NCBI GenBank assembly: GCA_964016885.1
Contig: OZ024762.1
Location: forward strand, 23,064,001 to 23,128,000
Direction: 5' to 3'
DNA length: 64,000 bases
Source of the DNA: Eledone cirrhosa
Taxonomy: Eukaryota
The notes under the pieces are model-generated. The model was not told the DNA's origin. It did no database searches and saw only the letters and a list, made by a program, of their open reading frames with translations. Below are positions 12,324 through 28,184 of the stretch, one piece after another (positions within the stretch are counted from its first letter, which is position 1; each line of letters begins with the position of its first letter). The translations under genes were made by a program, and so were the position numbers.

Positions 12324-12549
12324 ATTAAAATAACAGATTAAGGTTTAAGCAAAGTATCGCTGTTTTCACCCTTAACGGGATCTTCTGAGTTTGAGAAGAT
12401 CCCGTTAAGGGTGAAAGCAGCGATTCTTTGCTTAAACTTTAATCTGTTATTTTAATAAATATTAGCTCTGGGGTTCTTATATATTTGATATACATTTATC
12501 CTTATCCAGCCCTCTTTGGATTTTAGTCTTCACATTTATTATTATTACT
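12324..12549 (+). mobile_element. Family C fold-back element (palindrome 12324-12456; tail 12457-12549)
   Basis: About 63-bp arms around gagtttg; homologous to 34323, 38635 and 59193. Confidence 0.85.
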
Positions 12550-12586
12550 ATATATATATATATGTGTGGGTGTGTGTTTGAGAGAG

Positions 12587-12622
<36 letters not shown>

Positions 12623-13076
12623 GTGTGAGATAGATTAATAGATAATTGCATATGAACAGGATTTCAGCCGACCGATGCCTAAATGACACCCTACCGTCAT
12701 GTCCGTATGTGTTTTTTCCAATATTATTTATTTTAACCTGATGAAGCGTTAACCACATGACATTAAGTATAATTGCTTAAGCCCAGTGAATACAACCAGG
12801 AGAAAGAAAATTAAATGTACTCTCCGCTAAGGAATATCATAGGAAATATTATCATCGTGATTTCATGTACACACACATATATATGTAAATATATATATAT
12901 GGGTGACTAGTGTAAATATATATATATTGTGTATGTGTGAATTGAGAGGAACGAGGCTGTGTGTTTACTGATAACGAATGTTAGAAAGTTAAGGAAACAC
13001 AAACAAGACAAACATTTTCCCTTCATCAGTTGTCTACTACGGATGTTTCAGCGCATATGCCTGTGTGTGTGTATGC

Positions 13077-13127
<51 letters not shown>

Positions 13128-13223
13128 TGTGTGTTTGTGTGTGTGCGTGTGTACGTGTGTATGTATATATTTATGTGTGTGTGTGATTATATGTCTATAT
13201 ATATATATATATATGTGTGCGTG

Positions 13224-13330
<107 letters not shown>

Positions 13331-13671
13331 AATGTATATATATATATATGTATATCTGATCTCCGAGCTACAAATCTGTCCAGCGAATCTGTCCTGAGAC
13401 ATTATAACAACATGTCCATAGTATAGGAGCTGTGTCCTCTCAACACACACACACATGTAGAGGTTCTACTTAGAGTGCCTCTATCATCTCCGAGTCACAC
13501 ACTTTATCGTGTAAAGTTACTCCAAAGACTGCAAACCCCTACACCACTTTATTTGCAATACCAATGTAAAGCAGTGCTATGTAAAGCTGTATATGACTTT
13601 CCAAAATAGATGTAATACTTATGATGAAGGAACAATTTAATTGGAGCTGATCAGAGATCAAAGAAGTATAT

Positions 13672-13880
13672 GTTTCTGATTTAGGCATGGGCCAACAATT
13701 TTAGGGGAGGGAAAGTCGATTAAACCGACACCAGTGTATTACTGGTACTTTATCTTATCGACCCCGTAATGATGCAAGGCAAAGTTAAGCTCGGCGTTAT
13801 TTGAACTGAAAACTTAAAGAAACATCACTCTATGCTGCATAGTGTCCGGCGCGCTAGCGACGCTACCGACCCACCACCAT
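13672..13880 (-). mobile_element. SINE family 1
   Basis: actggtactttatcttatcgacccc...gcaaagttaa...tttgaact. Confidence 0.8.
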
Positions 13881-14576
13881 AAGCAATAAAAACCGGAGGC
13901 CCCTATAACTAAGATTTTTGCAGAAATATCTACGTAAGTATTCGACCTATCAAAAATAGTAGCTAAATCTCCAACTGAGGCATAAAACGCGGCGAAATCA
14001 CTGTTGAATATTATCTTACTATTAAATAGGTTTATTTACAATAGTTTTTAACTTTGCCTATTAATCCGTATGGTGAGCAAATGGGGTCCCACAAGCTAGC
14101 CTCCTCACAGCCCCGGGAACAGGATGAAGTCGGCTTTTCCTCTGAGGATCCTACTTATTTTCTTATGGATTGTATAATCTAAATTAATAACAGTTAGCTA
14201 TTATTTCTAGCAAATCACACGCCTACACCGAGAATTATTCTTTGTTTCGCGGAATATAGATTTCTATGGTGGAGATTTGTTGTAGGAAATTGGTTTTCAA
14301 TTGAGGTACCATCAAGTATGTTAAAATTGAACATTAAATTTGACCATACATAATTATATATATATGTATGTATGTATATGTATGTATATATATGTATGTA
14401 TATACTCCATATGTATAAAAAAATATATATAGATTGAAATATGTACACAGACAGTTACAAAGAAGAACTAATCCCTATAGCAATATATTAATTACTGGGG
14501 CAAACATAAATATACACACATATGTTTACAAGTAAATGTATATAAATTATATATAATGTGTGCGTTTATGCACACA

Positions 14577-14648
<72 letters not shown>

Positions 14649-14687
14649 TTATATAGTGTGTGCGATTATACCCTAACATAATTATAA

Positions 14688-14723
<36 letters not shown>

Positions 14724-14795
14724 TATATGGTGTGTACGTTTATACACAGAATATAAATATATATATACATATAAATATGTCTCTCTCCCTCTCAC

Positions 14796-14842
<47 letters not shown>

Positions 14843-15456
14843 ATATATATATTGTATGTATATATATGTAATAGTGTTTGTAAGTGTTTATATACGCTCT
14901 GAAGGACGGGGAAGATGATAAATGAGGAGAATGGGATGGCTGCTATTAGTTGTAAATTGATATTAGTTTTAAAAGATAATAAATCTTTATTTATTATTCC
15001 AGTACATTTTTATTACTGCTTTTGTCAGATTTTTTATTTTATTCTATTTATTATATATATATATATATGTATATATATTTATTTATCGATTTTGCTTCGT
15101 TTAAATTCCTCTTTTTATAATTTTTTAGTCGTTCGCTTTATTTATTATTATTATTTTTTTTTTGTTTTAGAAATATACAATTTCACTCTTTATACATTTT
15201 ATTATTTTAATTTTTTTTAGCCCAGAATAGCGAAACACCTATTAAACATATATACATATGTGTGTGTGTGTGTGTGTGTGTGTGTTTGTGTGTGTGTGTA
15301 TGTATGTGTGTGTATTTGTATATATATATATATATATGTGTGTGTGTATATATATATGTATGGATATGTAGATAAATGTATTTATAAAAAATGTGTTTAT
15401 ACATCGATATATGCAAATACTCACACACACGATAAGATACAGATGTATATATGTGC

Positions 15457-15494
<38 letters not shown>

Positions 15495-15880
15495 TATATT
15501 ATATTATCTATATATACACATATACACCCGTGAGTGTTTGTGGAAGCCTAAAAAAACTTTTAAAATTGTTGTTTTATTGAACAAATTACTATGAAATAAA
15601 CAAATATAAAAACAAATCACTAAAACCTTAGTCTGAGAGAATCAAAATGGTGGACAAGGGGAAGAGAAGACACGTTGGAGCTATAAAGGGGAAATAAATC
15701 AAGTATTTTTTTTCATGTAAATAGCCTTCTCTAATTTCAACACGTTTCAGTGATTTGTAACCACTGTTCGATATTGGGGCTGTTCTTGTTGCTTTTGTTG
15801 TTGGTGGTGCTCTCCTTGTTGTCGTTGTTGTAGTTGTTAGTGTTGTTATTTTTCTTTTTATTATTTTTGTTCCCCTGTGT

Positions 15881-16058
<178 letters not shown>

Positions 16059-16699
16059 CTTCTTTTTTCTTTTTCTTTTTTCTTCTCTTTTTCCTTCTTT
16101 TCTTTTTTCTTTTTCTTTTTTCTTCTTTCTCTGTCTCTTCTTATTCTTATTCTTTTTATTATTATTCTTTCTTTATTCTTCTTCCTCTCTTTCTAGTTCT
16201 TCTTTCTCTTCTTTTCACTTTCTTATTTTTCTTGTTTCTTTCTTCTTCTTCATTTTCTTGTCGTTTCTTTTTTTTTTTTTTTTTTTCGTTTACTTTATCT
16301 TTTTCTTTTTCTTCATCTTCGTCTCGGTGTTGATGATGGTGATGATTATTATTTTTCTCCTCAAAATTGTTCTTATTCATGTGCTGCATGTATTTCATGT
16401 CAATATTGTTATTATTATTATTATTATTATTGTTGTTGTTGTTGTTGTTGCGGTATCAAATGTGTGTGCTTTGGGTATTGATGTGTGTGCAATATTTATT
16501 GTTGTTGTTGTATAGTGTTCGTAGTTACTGCGACTGAATTTGGCGAAGTTGCTGATGCTGCTGTTGTTCATGTTGTTGTAGTGGTTGTTGCTGTTGTTGT
16601 TGTTGTTGTTGTTGTTCGACTATTCACTGATATAAATATCAATTGAGGTAAAATACAATCAATAATGTAATACACCGTCAATTAATAAGCCTGTGTGTA

Positions 16700-16726
16700 T
16701 ATATGTATACATGTCTGCATATATAT

Positions 16727-16793
<67 letters not shown>

Positions 16794-16911
16794 GTAAGTA
16801 TTATACATGTATGTAGATATAGGCATATATATATATATATACATACATGCATAATACATGTTTCATATATATATAACTATATATATATATATATGTTTAT
16901 ATACATATATG

Positions 16912-16973
<62 letters not shown>

Positions 16974-17027
16974 CATACATATATATATATATACACATAG
17001 TAAGTATTATACATGTATGTAGATATA

Positions 17028-17062
<35 letters not shown>

Positions 17063-17091
17063 TCATGCATAATACATGTTTCATATATATA

Positions 17092-17141
<50 letters not shown>

Positions 17142-17277
17142 TATATACATATATGTATATATATATATATATACATACATATATATATATATATATACAT
17201 ATATATAGATACATACATATATATATATATATATAGATAGATAGATATATATACATACATATATATATATATGTATG

Positions 17278-17308
<31 letters not shown>

Positions 17309-17347
17309 GTATGTATATATATATATATATATACATATATGTATATA

Positions 17348-17383
<36 letters not shown>

Positions 17384-17484
17384 TATATATATGAAACATG
17401 TATTATGCATGTATGTATATATATATATGTATGTGTATATCTATATATATATGTATATATATATATATATGTGTGTGTATATAT

Positions 17485-17515
<31 letters not shown>

Positions 17516-17562
17516 CATATATATACACATATATATATATATGTATATACACATATATATAT

Positions 17563-17611
<49 letters not shown>

Positions 17612-17624
17612 GATATACACATAC

Positions 17625-17655
<31 letters not shown>

Positions 17656-17674
17656 CATATATATATATACACAC

Positions 17675-17707
<33 letters not shown>

Positions 17708-17738
17708 CATAAATATACACACACATATATTTATATAC

Positions 17739-17789
<51 letters not shown>

Positions 17790-17852
17790 CACACATATAT
17801 ATATATACATATATATATATACATATATATATATACATATATATATATATAC

Positions 17853-17903
<51 letters not shown>

Positions 17904-17948
17904 CATATATATACATATATATACATATATATATATACATATATATAT

Positions 17949-18005
<57 letters not shown>

Positions 18006-18028
18006 CATATATATACACACATAAATAT

Positions 18029-18070
<42 letters not shown>
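16700..18070. repeat. Compound (TA)n/(TACA) microsatellite field with internal duplication and inversion
   Basis: atagtaagtattatacatg block at ~16791 and ~16997; inverted gaaacatgtattatgcat at ~17393. Confidence 0.9.
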
Positions 18071-18074
<4 letters not shown>

Positions 18075-18207
18075 ATACTTTGGGAGGGTCATGTTCAAGG
18101 TTTAATAGTACATATTGTAACACCCACTGAGAGAAATCCATGCCCCATAGATATATATAAGCACACACGCACACACACACACACACACACATACATCTCT
18201 CTCTCTC

Positions 18208-18243
<36 letters not shown>

Positions 18244-18367
18244 AAATCGGTGTGTATGTAACTATACAAATATTTATCTAAATATCAATATATACCCCAC
18301 AAATATACATTGTATATGCGATCATAAATCTAAAGAACGTGTGTATGATCATATATATTATATTTAG

Positions 18368-18427
<60 letters not shown>

Positions 18428-18534
18428 ACAAGATACTCGCATATATGTATGTGTATGCATGTTTATGTAGGTAGCTGGGTTTTGATATTGACTCAAATAT
18501 GTGTGTACGTAAAGACATATATACATATATATAC

Positions 18535-18593
<59 letters not shown>

Positions 18594-19654
18594 ACTATTC
18601 ATATATAGTATTTTATATATGTATACACATATATATGGTACTACATAGCTGGCTGTGAGTGTGTGTGTATGTATGTGTGTGTGTGTATGTGTGTACATAT
18701 TTGCGTCTGTATCGATTTTAGTATAAATGTAGATATGTTTATAGGTGTTTATTCATGTACGTATGTATATAGGTGTTTATATATGTATATAGGTGTATGT
18801 ATGTACGTTTTTATGTATATCTTTGTGCATATACGTATACATGTACATTTGTATGTACATATATATGTCGTACTTATATATGTACATATATACGTACATA
18901 TATATATATAAATATACGTATGTACATATATACGTACATATATATATATATACATATACGTATGTACATATATACGTACATATATATATATATACATATA
19001 CGTATGTACATATTTATTCATATACGTACGTATGTACCTACGTATGTATATATGTACACATATATGCGGCTCTCTCTCTCTATCTATCTATCCACCCTCA
19101 ACTCATTTCTTCAATCTTACATCTTACTTTCCTCTCCATTATCTGCTTGCGTTATTTTTCTTTTTGTAAGTTTCCAACAAATATCCTTCATTTTTTTTTT
19201 TTTACCTTTTTACTTACTACCTTTTTTACTTTTTACCTTTCTTGCTGTGATTTATGCAAAATATAACGATCACATCTTATCAATAATATGTTTCTGAAGT
19301 TCAGTTATTAACACCTTTACTTCCTACAGCCATATGATGTATTAAACAAAATAAATCATGTTTTTTATTCTATATATATTTCCACTTTTTATTTTTCTCT
19401 GCTTTTTTCCCGCTCATATGTTATCGTAATTTTAGTTTTGTTGTTCATATTGATGTTGTTGACGTGGTTGTTTTCTGAGTGCTTTTTTGACAATCAATTT
19501 TTTGTGTATTTTGAATATAGATGCATGAATGAGAACGTGTATGTATATCTATGAAATTGTGTGTCTGTGTATATATATGTGGTTCTATATGGGTATATGA
19601 ATGTGTGTGTATATATGTGTGCGTGTGTGTTTAAATGTGTGTGTGTGTATATGA

Positions 19655-19688
<34 letters not shown>

Positions 19689-19760
19689 GTTTGTCTTGGT
19701 ACGTGTTTCTATATATTTGTGAGTGTGTGCGTGTATATATATGTACATATATTTGTGTTG

Positions 19761-19791
<31 letters not shown>

Positions 19792-19974
19792 GTTTGCATA
19801 GGTATGTGTTTATATATTTGTGTAGGTGTGTATACATATGTGTGTGTTCATGTATATATATACATACATACATGTGTGTATAGGTATATGTATATATATA
19901 TATATATATATATTTGTATGTGCGCGTGTGTGTATATATATATATGTTTGTACGTGTATATGTGTATAAATATA

Positions 19975-20017
<43 letters not shown>

Positions 20018-20181
20018 GTTAAGTTTCGATTTGTTATTTGTCAGTTTAAATTTTTTCTTCGCCTTTGTCAAAATTTAAAGTACTAGAAATCAAATTTGGT
20101 AATAATGTTTAATAAATTAGACATTTTGACGCATAGTGAGTAAAGAAAAATACAGGAAAACAATATTTGCATACAACAACA

Positions 20182-20240
<59 letters not shown>

Positions 20241-20313
20241 ACCCACCACCACCACCACTACTGCTATTAATAATCATGATGATACTATTAATAATAATGA
20301 TGATTGTCGAGGA

Positions 20314-20360
<47 letters not shown>

Positions 20361-20671
20361 AGTGCGTGTTTATGTGCTTGTGTGTGTGTATACATATACA
20401 TACGCTTGTGTCTTTGTTTATATAAATATGTGTGTGATTGTGTATGTATATGTATATAATATATACATGTGTGTCTGTATATATAAACTCGTATGTGCTT
20501 GTGTATATATATATATACACGTGTGTGTGTTTATATAAATACGCGTGTGCTCGTGTATATTTATATATATATATATATATATACACGTGTGTGTGTTTAT
20601 ATAAACACGCGTGTGCTTGTGTGAATATATATATGTAATATATACACACTTGTGTGTGCGTTTATATAAAC

Positions 20672-20716
<45 letters not shown>

Positions 20717-21099
20717 TATGCATTTGTGAGTGTGTGTGTCTGTGTATGAAGAGCGAGTGAGTCATGGAGTGTATATGTGTGTATATGTGTATATATTAAT
20801 TGGTCATAATATTCCTTGTTAGCCGTGATGACTAGCATAACATTTTATTTTCTTGAAAAACACGTAAAATATAAAATACTGTAAAACAAAATGTTCACTT
20901 GCTCGACAAGTGATCAAAAGTCCTATCAAAGAAAAAACTCTCCATAAATCTTCTTTTATAAGAGAAGAAAATTTAGTATAAAGAAGACCAAAAACAGAAG
21001 ACCAACAAATAATTAAACACGGAAAAAATATATATACATACATATACTTTTTCCGTGATATATATATATATATATATATATAGATATATATAATAATGT

Positions 21100-21148
<49 letters not shown>

Positions 21149-21567
21149 ATGTTAAAAATATATATATATATATATAATAATGTTAAAAATATATATATAT
21201 ATATACATATATAATAATGTTAAAAATATATATATATATGTTTAAAAATATAAACAATGTTTGGTGTTCTTAGAAAAATAAATTCTTTTTTGTGAGAATT
21301 TAAATTTATTCTGTCTAAAAACGAACTTACACAAAAAGCGCCATTGCTGAAATAAATTAAAATTTATGCTTCAAAGTTTATGATGATGTTTACGTGAGTA
21401 AAATTTTATTAATAAAGAAATTCATGCAACCATCTTGGTTTTACATATGTCTCCAGGTCAAGCCTGATTGAACAGACCTCAGGTTTTGTTGGTGTATATG
21501 AATATATTGCATTCTTTATCTCTAGACGGTGAATGGCCTGAGTGTTTCGGGGCCTCAAATTGATGAA

Positions 21568-21720
21568 TTAGGAGAGTCATTAAGACTTCGGAAAGAATGC
21601 TTTACGGTATTCGTCCAACCACATTGCGCGCTCTGAGTTCAAATCCTGCCGTGGTCAACTTTGACTTTCATCGTTTCAAGGTCGATAAAAAACGTACCAG
21701 TCCAATACTGGGGTCGAATG
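21568..21720 (+). mobile_element. SINE family 1 (diverged)
   Basis: ctgagttcaaatcctgcc...ctttcatcg...ggtcgataaaa..gtaccag. Confidence 0.75.
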
Positions 21721-21983
21721 TTTCTCTGTAGAAAAAATCGGCTGTGTTCAAACTCTAGACAGGCCGTATGACGGTGCCGCAACAACTCCACAATGAGCTA
21801 TGAGCTCTTTGTCCCTATCCTATTGATTAAATAACTCGCTATCTTTTTTCTAACTCACTACGCTCTGATTTCAAACCCTGCTGGCGTTACCTTTTTTTCT
21901 TTCGAATCGTCCCTTCAAAGCTAAAATAAAATACCATTCTAGTTCCAGTAGGGTTGGCTACTGTAGTGGTTGACTGGTTAAAC

Positions 21984-22327
21984 CAGAGGTTCTCAAACTT
22001 TTGGGGCCACCCCCACATGATACCCTCAGACCCCTCCAACCATATTTCTAGAGAGACCTGCCTACACACAAATTGTAAACAATATATAATAAATAAAGTC
22101 GTTAATTTATATAGCATATATTTTACTATATATGTATAAATTAACGATTTTATTTATTATATATTGTTTATTTTACTATATTTATCATATATATCATTTG
22201 ATATTTAATATACTATTATATCATCTCTACAGCCCCGGTCACCGTCCCATCTCCCCCTTAAGGCCCAACACCCCCTGGACCTTCTCAATGCCCCCGGGGG
22301 CGATAGTGTCGACTTTGTGAACATCTG
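21984..22327. mobile_element. hAT (Charlie-like) MITE
   Basis: TIRs cagaggttctcaaa / tttgtgaacatctg; 8-bp TSD ggttaaac (21976-21983) and ggttaaat (22328-22335). Confidence 0.85.
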
Positions 22328-23040
22328 GGTTAAATAGTCAGGCAAGATAATTTGCAATATTTGATCCGACTCTCTACGTTCTGTGTTCAGATTCTGACTC
22401 CTGCTAGAAATTGCGAATGGCAAATAGCATATAACATCACCAATAGAAATGTTGCTTCCTTGATGCTAATTAGACTGTTGGCTCCCTCCCTATTGCTTTT
22501 GTGATTTTGTGGGGTTTTCTTTACCTATTTGAAATCTATTTTGTGAGATACGAAGGAACGTTTTACATCTATTTCCAGCCAGAAGAACGACTTGCCATGT
22601 CAAAGCACTATCGGTGTCAAATGTATTTCGTTTGTGCAGTGTATTTTAGAAGATCAAGAGATGAAAATATGTCATTGAAGTTGTGAACTGATGATTTTTT
22701 TTATCCTAGAACGTGAATAATTCCAATTAAGCATCTGTGTTGCGTAACAAGCAGAGTATTATGTATGTGAAGCAGGTATGAATAATGAGATGTGGTGAGA
22801 GAGATGAAGGTATGGTTGTGATTAATAGTCGCTTCATTTGATACTGAGAAATTGTGAAACGCGAAAAAAACAATATGAAGACATCTGTTTGTGAAGTACA
22901 AATCGTTATTCATGTGTCACCCGGAAATTGGAAACGACGGTCAAATACTCCGATGATTTGTAATTATAGAAGAAATATTTATAGGGAGCAGAATTTGTAG
23001 TGTATGATTTCTGTGTGGAGATGCTATGGACTGTGTATAT

Positions 23041-23320
23041 CAAATGTTTTCAAACTTTTAGGACCACCGCCCCACCTTCTCGGCTACGTAATACCCTTAG
23101 TGCCTGCAAACCCTTTTTCCAGAGAGACCTGCCTACCCACAAATTATAAATAATATAATATATACTATGAATAGATAAATATATATTTTTTAAATTTTAC
23201 AATATTTATATATAATATATCTTATTTGATATTTACTATACTATTATATCATCTCTACTGCACCCTCTGAACCTTATTAATGCCACCCGGGGGTGGTAGG
23301 GCTCACTTTGAGAAATTCTG
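23041..23320. mobile_element. hAT MITE, second diverged copy
   Basis: caaatgtttttcaaacttt...tttgagaaattctg; internal agagacctgcctac shared with 21984. Confidence 0.75.
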
Positions 23321-23494
23321 AGGTTGTGAGTTCGATTCCCGGACCGAGCGATGCCTTATGTCCTCGGGCAAGACAGCTTATTTCCCGTTGTTCCTTCTAA
23401 CTGGTGTTGCGACCGATAGATAGTATTAAACATTGGAAAGACCAATGGAAAAATTGTTTCTTCGGTCCGATTTGACGAAAGTCGATCGACTGTC
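23321..23494 (+). mobile_element. SINE family 2, 5'-truncated
   Basis: Collinear with 8417-8591. Confidence 0.8.
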
Positions 23495-23829
23495 GATGTA
23501 TTGACGTCTAAGATATGCCTTTACTAATTATTGTTTGCTGTGACTTTGCTGTGGTAGCTTGTCATATTATGCAGGCTGTCATAGTCCAAGTCTCTTGTCA
23601 CTGTAGAGTGAGCCTAGATCACAGGGAACGTAGCGGAGATGAGTTCATATCAGTCAGAACAAGAAAAAACGCAGCCGAGTTTAGTTGATGTTAGATCGAG
23701 AACGAAGAAACGAGTTGAGTTGTGGCCAATAAAAAATACCTCTTTGGTTTCATTTAAAGTTTATTTAGCGATGACGTTACAGCTATGATGGTCTACGTTT
23801 CGTATTGTTGTGATTAATTCGCTACGTAC

Positions 23830-24068
23830 CTATGTATGTTCTTCTGGTTTCATAATTTTATAAAGGTTTACCAATAGGGAGAGAAAGTCGGTTTCTAACA
23901 TAGAGACGAGACTTTTTCATTGGAATTTAAACAACATCAACTAGATAGATATATATGCATGTCCGCATGAATGTATGTGTAGATATGAATGTTATTGTAC
24001 GTGTGGATGTTTTGAGTTATATGTGTGCATGTGTATATGCTTTGTATGTGTACAGGTGTACATGCAGA
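23830..24068 (-). mobile_element. 3' UTR fragment of the RLE-LINE family at 26264
   Basis: Reverse complement matches 27928-28147 and ends in gaagaacatacata. Confidence 0.8.
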
Positions 24069-24774
24069 ATGTTTGTATGTATCTATGTATAAATGCATGT
24101 AGGTATGCATGGACTGGTCTGAATCGTCATAGAGGCCGTGTAGAATATGTCACCGATTTTTTTCTCTCTTTGGCATCTCTTCTGGACAGTAGGTGTAGCA
24201 AGCAATGCGGCACGGTCTGAGGACCACAACAACATTTCAAATTTCACCAAAACAAAACAGGGTACCAGAGAGGAAATAACATTTATAACTGCAGCATATA
24301 CAGAAAAGAATGTACATCCTTGTCGGGGCTATAAAAATAGAATCATGTTCGTACCACCCTTGTGTGAGAGGGAAGGGGATCAGATGTTGTAAATATTTCA
24401 TATCGAGTACAGGCATCATATATGGAACCGCAACGACTAGTGTATTATATCAGGTCGCCATGTTGACATTGGCGTTTTTTCAGCATTTAAAACATGAAAT
24501 ACTGTTTTCTATTGAATGATCTCTATTGCGATTCACTTTAAAATTTGAAGTTTTTAAATAGTATTCGATTTTTTGATGAATGTCAATTTGAACGGAATAT
24601 TTATTGTCTTTAATTAGTAGTTCAGCTGTCAAGTCGCAGGGAGGGAGATATTGTGTGTGAAATGTGGTGAAGTGTGTTTGTAGTTGTTTTCGTATTTTGA
24701 AAATATAAATTAATTGGAGTGTGTGGTTATTTCTGGTTAAGAGGTAATGGTCAGGCTACTTGAAATTATAGTCT

Positions 24775-25960
24775 GTATGTGTGTGTTGAATTGTGTATGT
24801 ATGTGTGTGTGTTGAATGGTGTGTGTATGTGTGTGTGTTGAATTGTGTGTGTATGTGTGTGTGTTAAATTGTGTGTGTATGTGTGTGTGTGTGTTGAATT
24901 GTGTGTGTATGTGTGTGTGAGATGACTTGTGGGTTTGTTTGGCTTGTGGGGGGTGTTGACTTGTGTGTGTGTTGATTTGTGTGTGTGTGTTGAGTTGTGT
25001 GTGTTGACGTGTGTGTTGACGTGTATGTGTGTGTGTATGTGTGTGTGTATGTGCGTGTGAGATGACTTGTGGGTTTGTTTGGCTTGTGGGGGTGTGTTGA
25101 CTTGTGTGTGTGTTGATTTGTGGGTGTGTATGTGTGTGTATGTGCGTGTGTGTGTGTTGGCTTGTGTTTGTGTTGAGTTGTGTGTATGTTTTGATTGTGT
25201 GTGTTAACTTGTGTATTAACTTGCGTGTGTGTTTTGACGTGTGTGTGTGTTGTGAGTTTTTTTTTAATTTGTGTGTGTATTGAGTTGTGTGTTTCTGCTG
25301 ATTGTGTGTGCTACCTTGTGTGTGTTGATTTGTGTGTGTTGACATGTGTGTGTGTGTTGACAGGTGTGTGTCTGTTCACTTGTGGGTGTGTGAGTGTGTG
25401 TTCACTTGTGAGTGTGTGTGTCTGTGTGAGAATGTCTGTGAATGTGTTTGTGTGTGTGTGAGTGTGTGTGTGTGAATATGTGTGAATGTGTGTGAATGTG
25501 TGTGAATGTGTGTGTGTTTGTATGAATGTGTGTGTGTGAATATATGTGTGTATGAGAATGTGTGTGAATATGTGTGTGTGTGTGTGTGAATGTGTGTGAA
25601 TATGTGTGTGTGTGAGAGAATGTGTGTGAATGTGTTTCTGTGTGTGTGAATATGTGTGTGTGTGTGTATGAGAATGTGTGTGAATATGTGTATGTGTGAA
25701 TATGTGTGAATGTGAGTGTGTGTGAATGTGTGTGTGTGTGAATGTGTGTGTATATGTGTGGGGGTGTGTGTGAATGCGTGTGTGAGTGTGTGTGTGAGTG
25801 TGTGTGAATGTGTATGTGTGTGTGAATGCGTGTGAATGTGTGTGTATGTATGTGTATGAATGTGTGTGTGAATGTGTGTGTGTGTATGTGTATGAATGTG
25901 TGTGTGTGTGCGTGTGAATGTGTGTGTATGTGTATGAATGTGTGTGTGCGTGTGTGTATT
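24775..25960. repeat. (TG)n-derived degenerate minisatellite (gtgttga.. and tgtgtgaa units)
   Basis: Direct reading. Confidence 0.9.
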
Positions 25961-26263
25961 TACATATATACATAGATAATTGTTCGAATGAATTTCCCTC
26001 AAATTAACGTTATATGAGTTTTTTTATTCATCTTCGCTTTTTTCCTTCTCTCTTCTCTCTCTCTCTCCATAGACGTTTAAATAAACGGTTGTTTTTCAAT
26101 TATTTACATATTCATTTGCATATTCACCCATAAGTTTGAAAAATCCTTAATACATTTCCACTATCCAGAGAATATCCAACTGATAGGGTATGATTTTCCT
26201 GGATATGTCTCTATTTATAAAACAAACTTTGTATTTTATCTGAAAAAAGCGTACCAAAGTATT

Positions 26264-28140
26264 TTGGTACCCTTGAAGCTCAAGAAATGTGAGGGATACA
26301 TCATTGGCTCACAGGAGGACAGAAATATGAACCTAACCCATAATTTCTTTGTGGACGATCTCAATCTCTATGCCAAGAACATGGATTGGATGAAGAAAAA
26401 TCTTGACCTGGTTACAACGTTCTCAAAGGATATAGGAATGAAGTTTGGCCAAGATAAATGCTCATACATGACTGTAAAGCTGGGAAAAACAACAACCCAA
26501 TCTAACAACATTGTCATCAATGGTCAAACTGTTTCACCGATATCGGACAAGGACTGCTACAGATACCTGGGGATAGATGAGAACATATCCTATAATGGTA
26601 TGTGTAATAAAGAACGCGTAACCAGGGAATACTACACCCGATTAAGAAAGATCTGGTCATCGGAACTCTGCGCAAAACAAAACAGAGGCTCACAATGTGT
26701 TTGCTGTGCCTGTCCTAACCCCAACGTTTGGAATACCTAATTGGACGATAGACGAAATCCGAGCAGTTGATGTTGGAACTTGAAAAATACTAAACAACAC
26801 CGGAAACTTCCACAGCAACAGTGACATAGACCGCCTTTACTTGAAACATAAGCAGGGAGGCAGTGGCCTAACATTAGTCCAGACAACATTTGAATGTCGC
26901 ATCATATCTCTCCGACAACATATACGAACCTCGAAGCGTAGGAGCCCGTCTCTCGAGCAAGTCTATCTGCATGAAACAGATAAGATCATGAGAGTTGGGA
27001 AGGAACTCCTCGAGAGATATTCCCTGTGTGATAAACAAAAACTCACACTCAAGGAAGTCGCTCATGAGTATCGCAGTGAATCCATGGGTGAAAAACTGCA
27101 TACTTATCAGCAAAAAATCATACATGGATATGTTGCCAGGAAGCTCCAGAGTGAGAGTAATATAGATAAGGAAAGTAGTCTATCAACCGTAGAAAGTAGA
27201 CCAACAACCGCTATATTGGCTCCCACTTTGAAGGATACGCTTTTGCAATCCAAGAACAGAAGATTAACACGAAATACCTGATTCACAAAAGAGATAGGGA
27301 TGCAGGCAAAACACCTAGATGTGATAACAAGTGCAGACTCTACAGAACTAACATCGAGGATTTCACCCTTGTCATCAGCAGCTGTCCAAAGATATCATCG
27401 CCGTACTATCTACCTATGAGGCATGATGTAGTGGCCAAAACACTGTACAATGCAGTTCGTAAAAAAGATATGCCCGATAATAAACACATTAAAAGCTACA
27501 GCAATGTGGAAGACATCAATGAACATAATATGAAAGAGTACTGGTGGAATGTTCTAGTAAAAACTCCAGTAAAATGCAGGCATAACAAACCAGATATTAT
27601 GATATGGGACAGGGAGAAGAAAGCATGCACAGTAGTGGAAATTAGCTGCCCAGCAGATGCCAATATAATATCAAAGATTAACGAAAAGGAGAATAATTAT
27701 GCAGAACTGATGAGAAATTTGCAGATACTCCAGCCTGATTACACTTTCAGATTTATGCCTGTGATTATTGGGGCACTGGGGTATGTTAGTAACTGCCTCA
27801 ATACAAATCTTGAGAAGCTAGGGTTCACAGGAACAGAAAGAACACAACTAGTTAGGAAATTACAAGTATAATCCATGAATGGAACAGTAAAAATATGTAA
27901 AACATTCCAAAAATTGTGCATCTAATAACTGCATATAGACATGTACAGATACAAAGCATATACACATGCACATATACAACTCAAAACATACACATCCATA
28001 TCTACACATGCATGCATGCATACACAATCTACCTACTTGATGTTGTGTAAATTCCAATGAGAGAGTCTTGTCTATGTTAGAAACCGACTCTCTCTCTCCC
28101 TATTGGGAAAACATTTGTGAAATTATAAAACCTGAAGAAC
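26264..28140 (+). mobile_element. 5'-truncated, frameshifted LINE with RT and restriction-like endonuclease (R4/Dong/NeSL-like)
   Basis: FFVDDL, DIGMKFGQDKC, YRYLGI, GGSGL, decayed CCHC ending in RHDVVAK, HNKPDIMIWD...VVEISCP; 3' UTR runs into (CATA)n. Confidence 0.92.
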
Positions 28141-28153
28141 ATACATACATACA

Positions 28154-28184
<31 letters not shown>

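Noticed and set aside
13005-13035. Minus-strand agacaa-CTGATGA-agg-GAAA-atgt-ttgtct
   Set aside because: No stem II and no properly placed UH; not counted as a ribozyme
18071-18122. Solo LTR (tgtta...taaca)
   Set aside because: Left end is the family D terminus; only 52 bp, with no TSD, PBS or PPT
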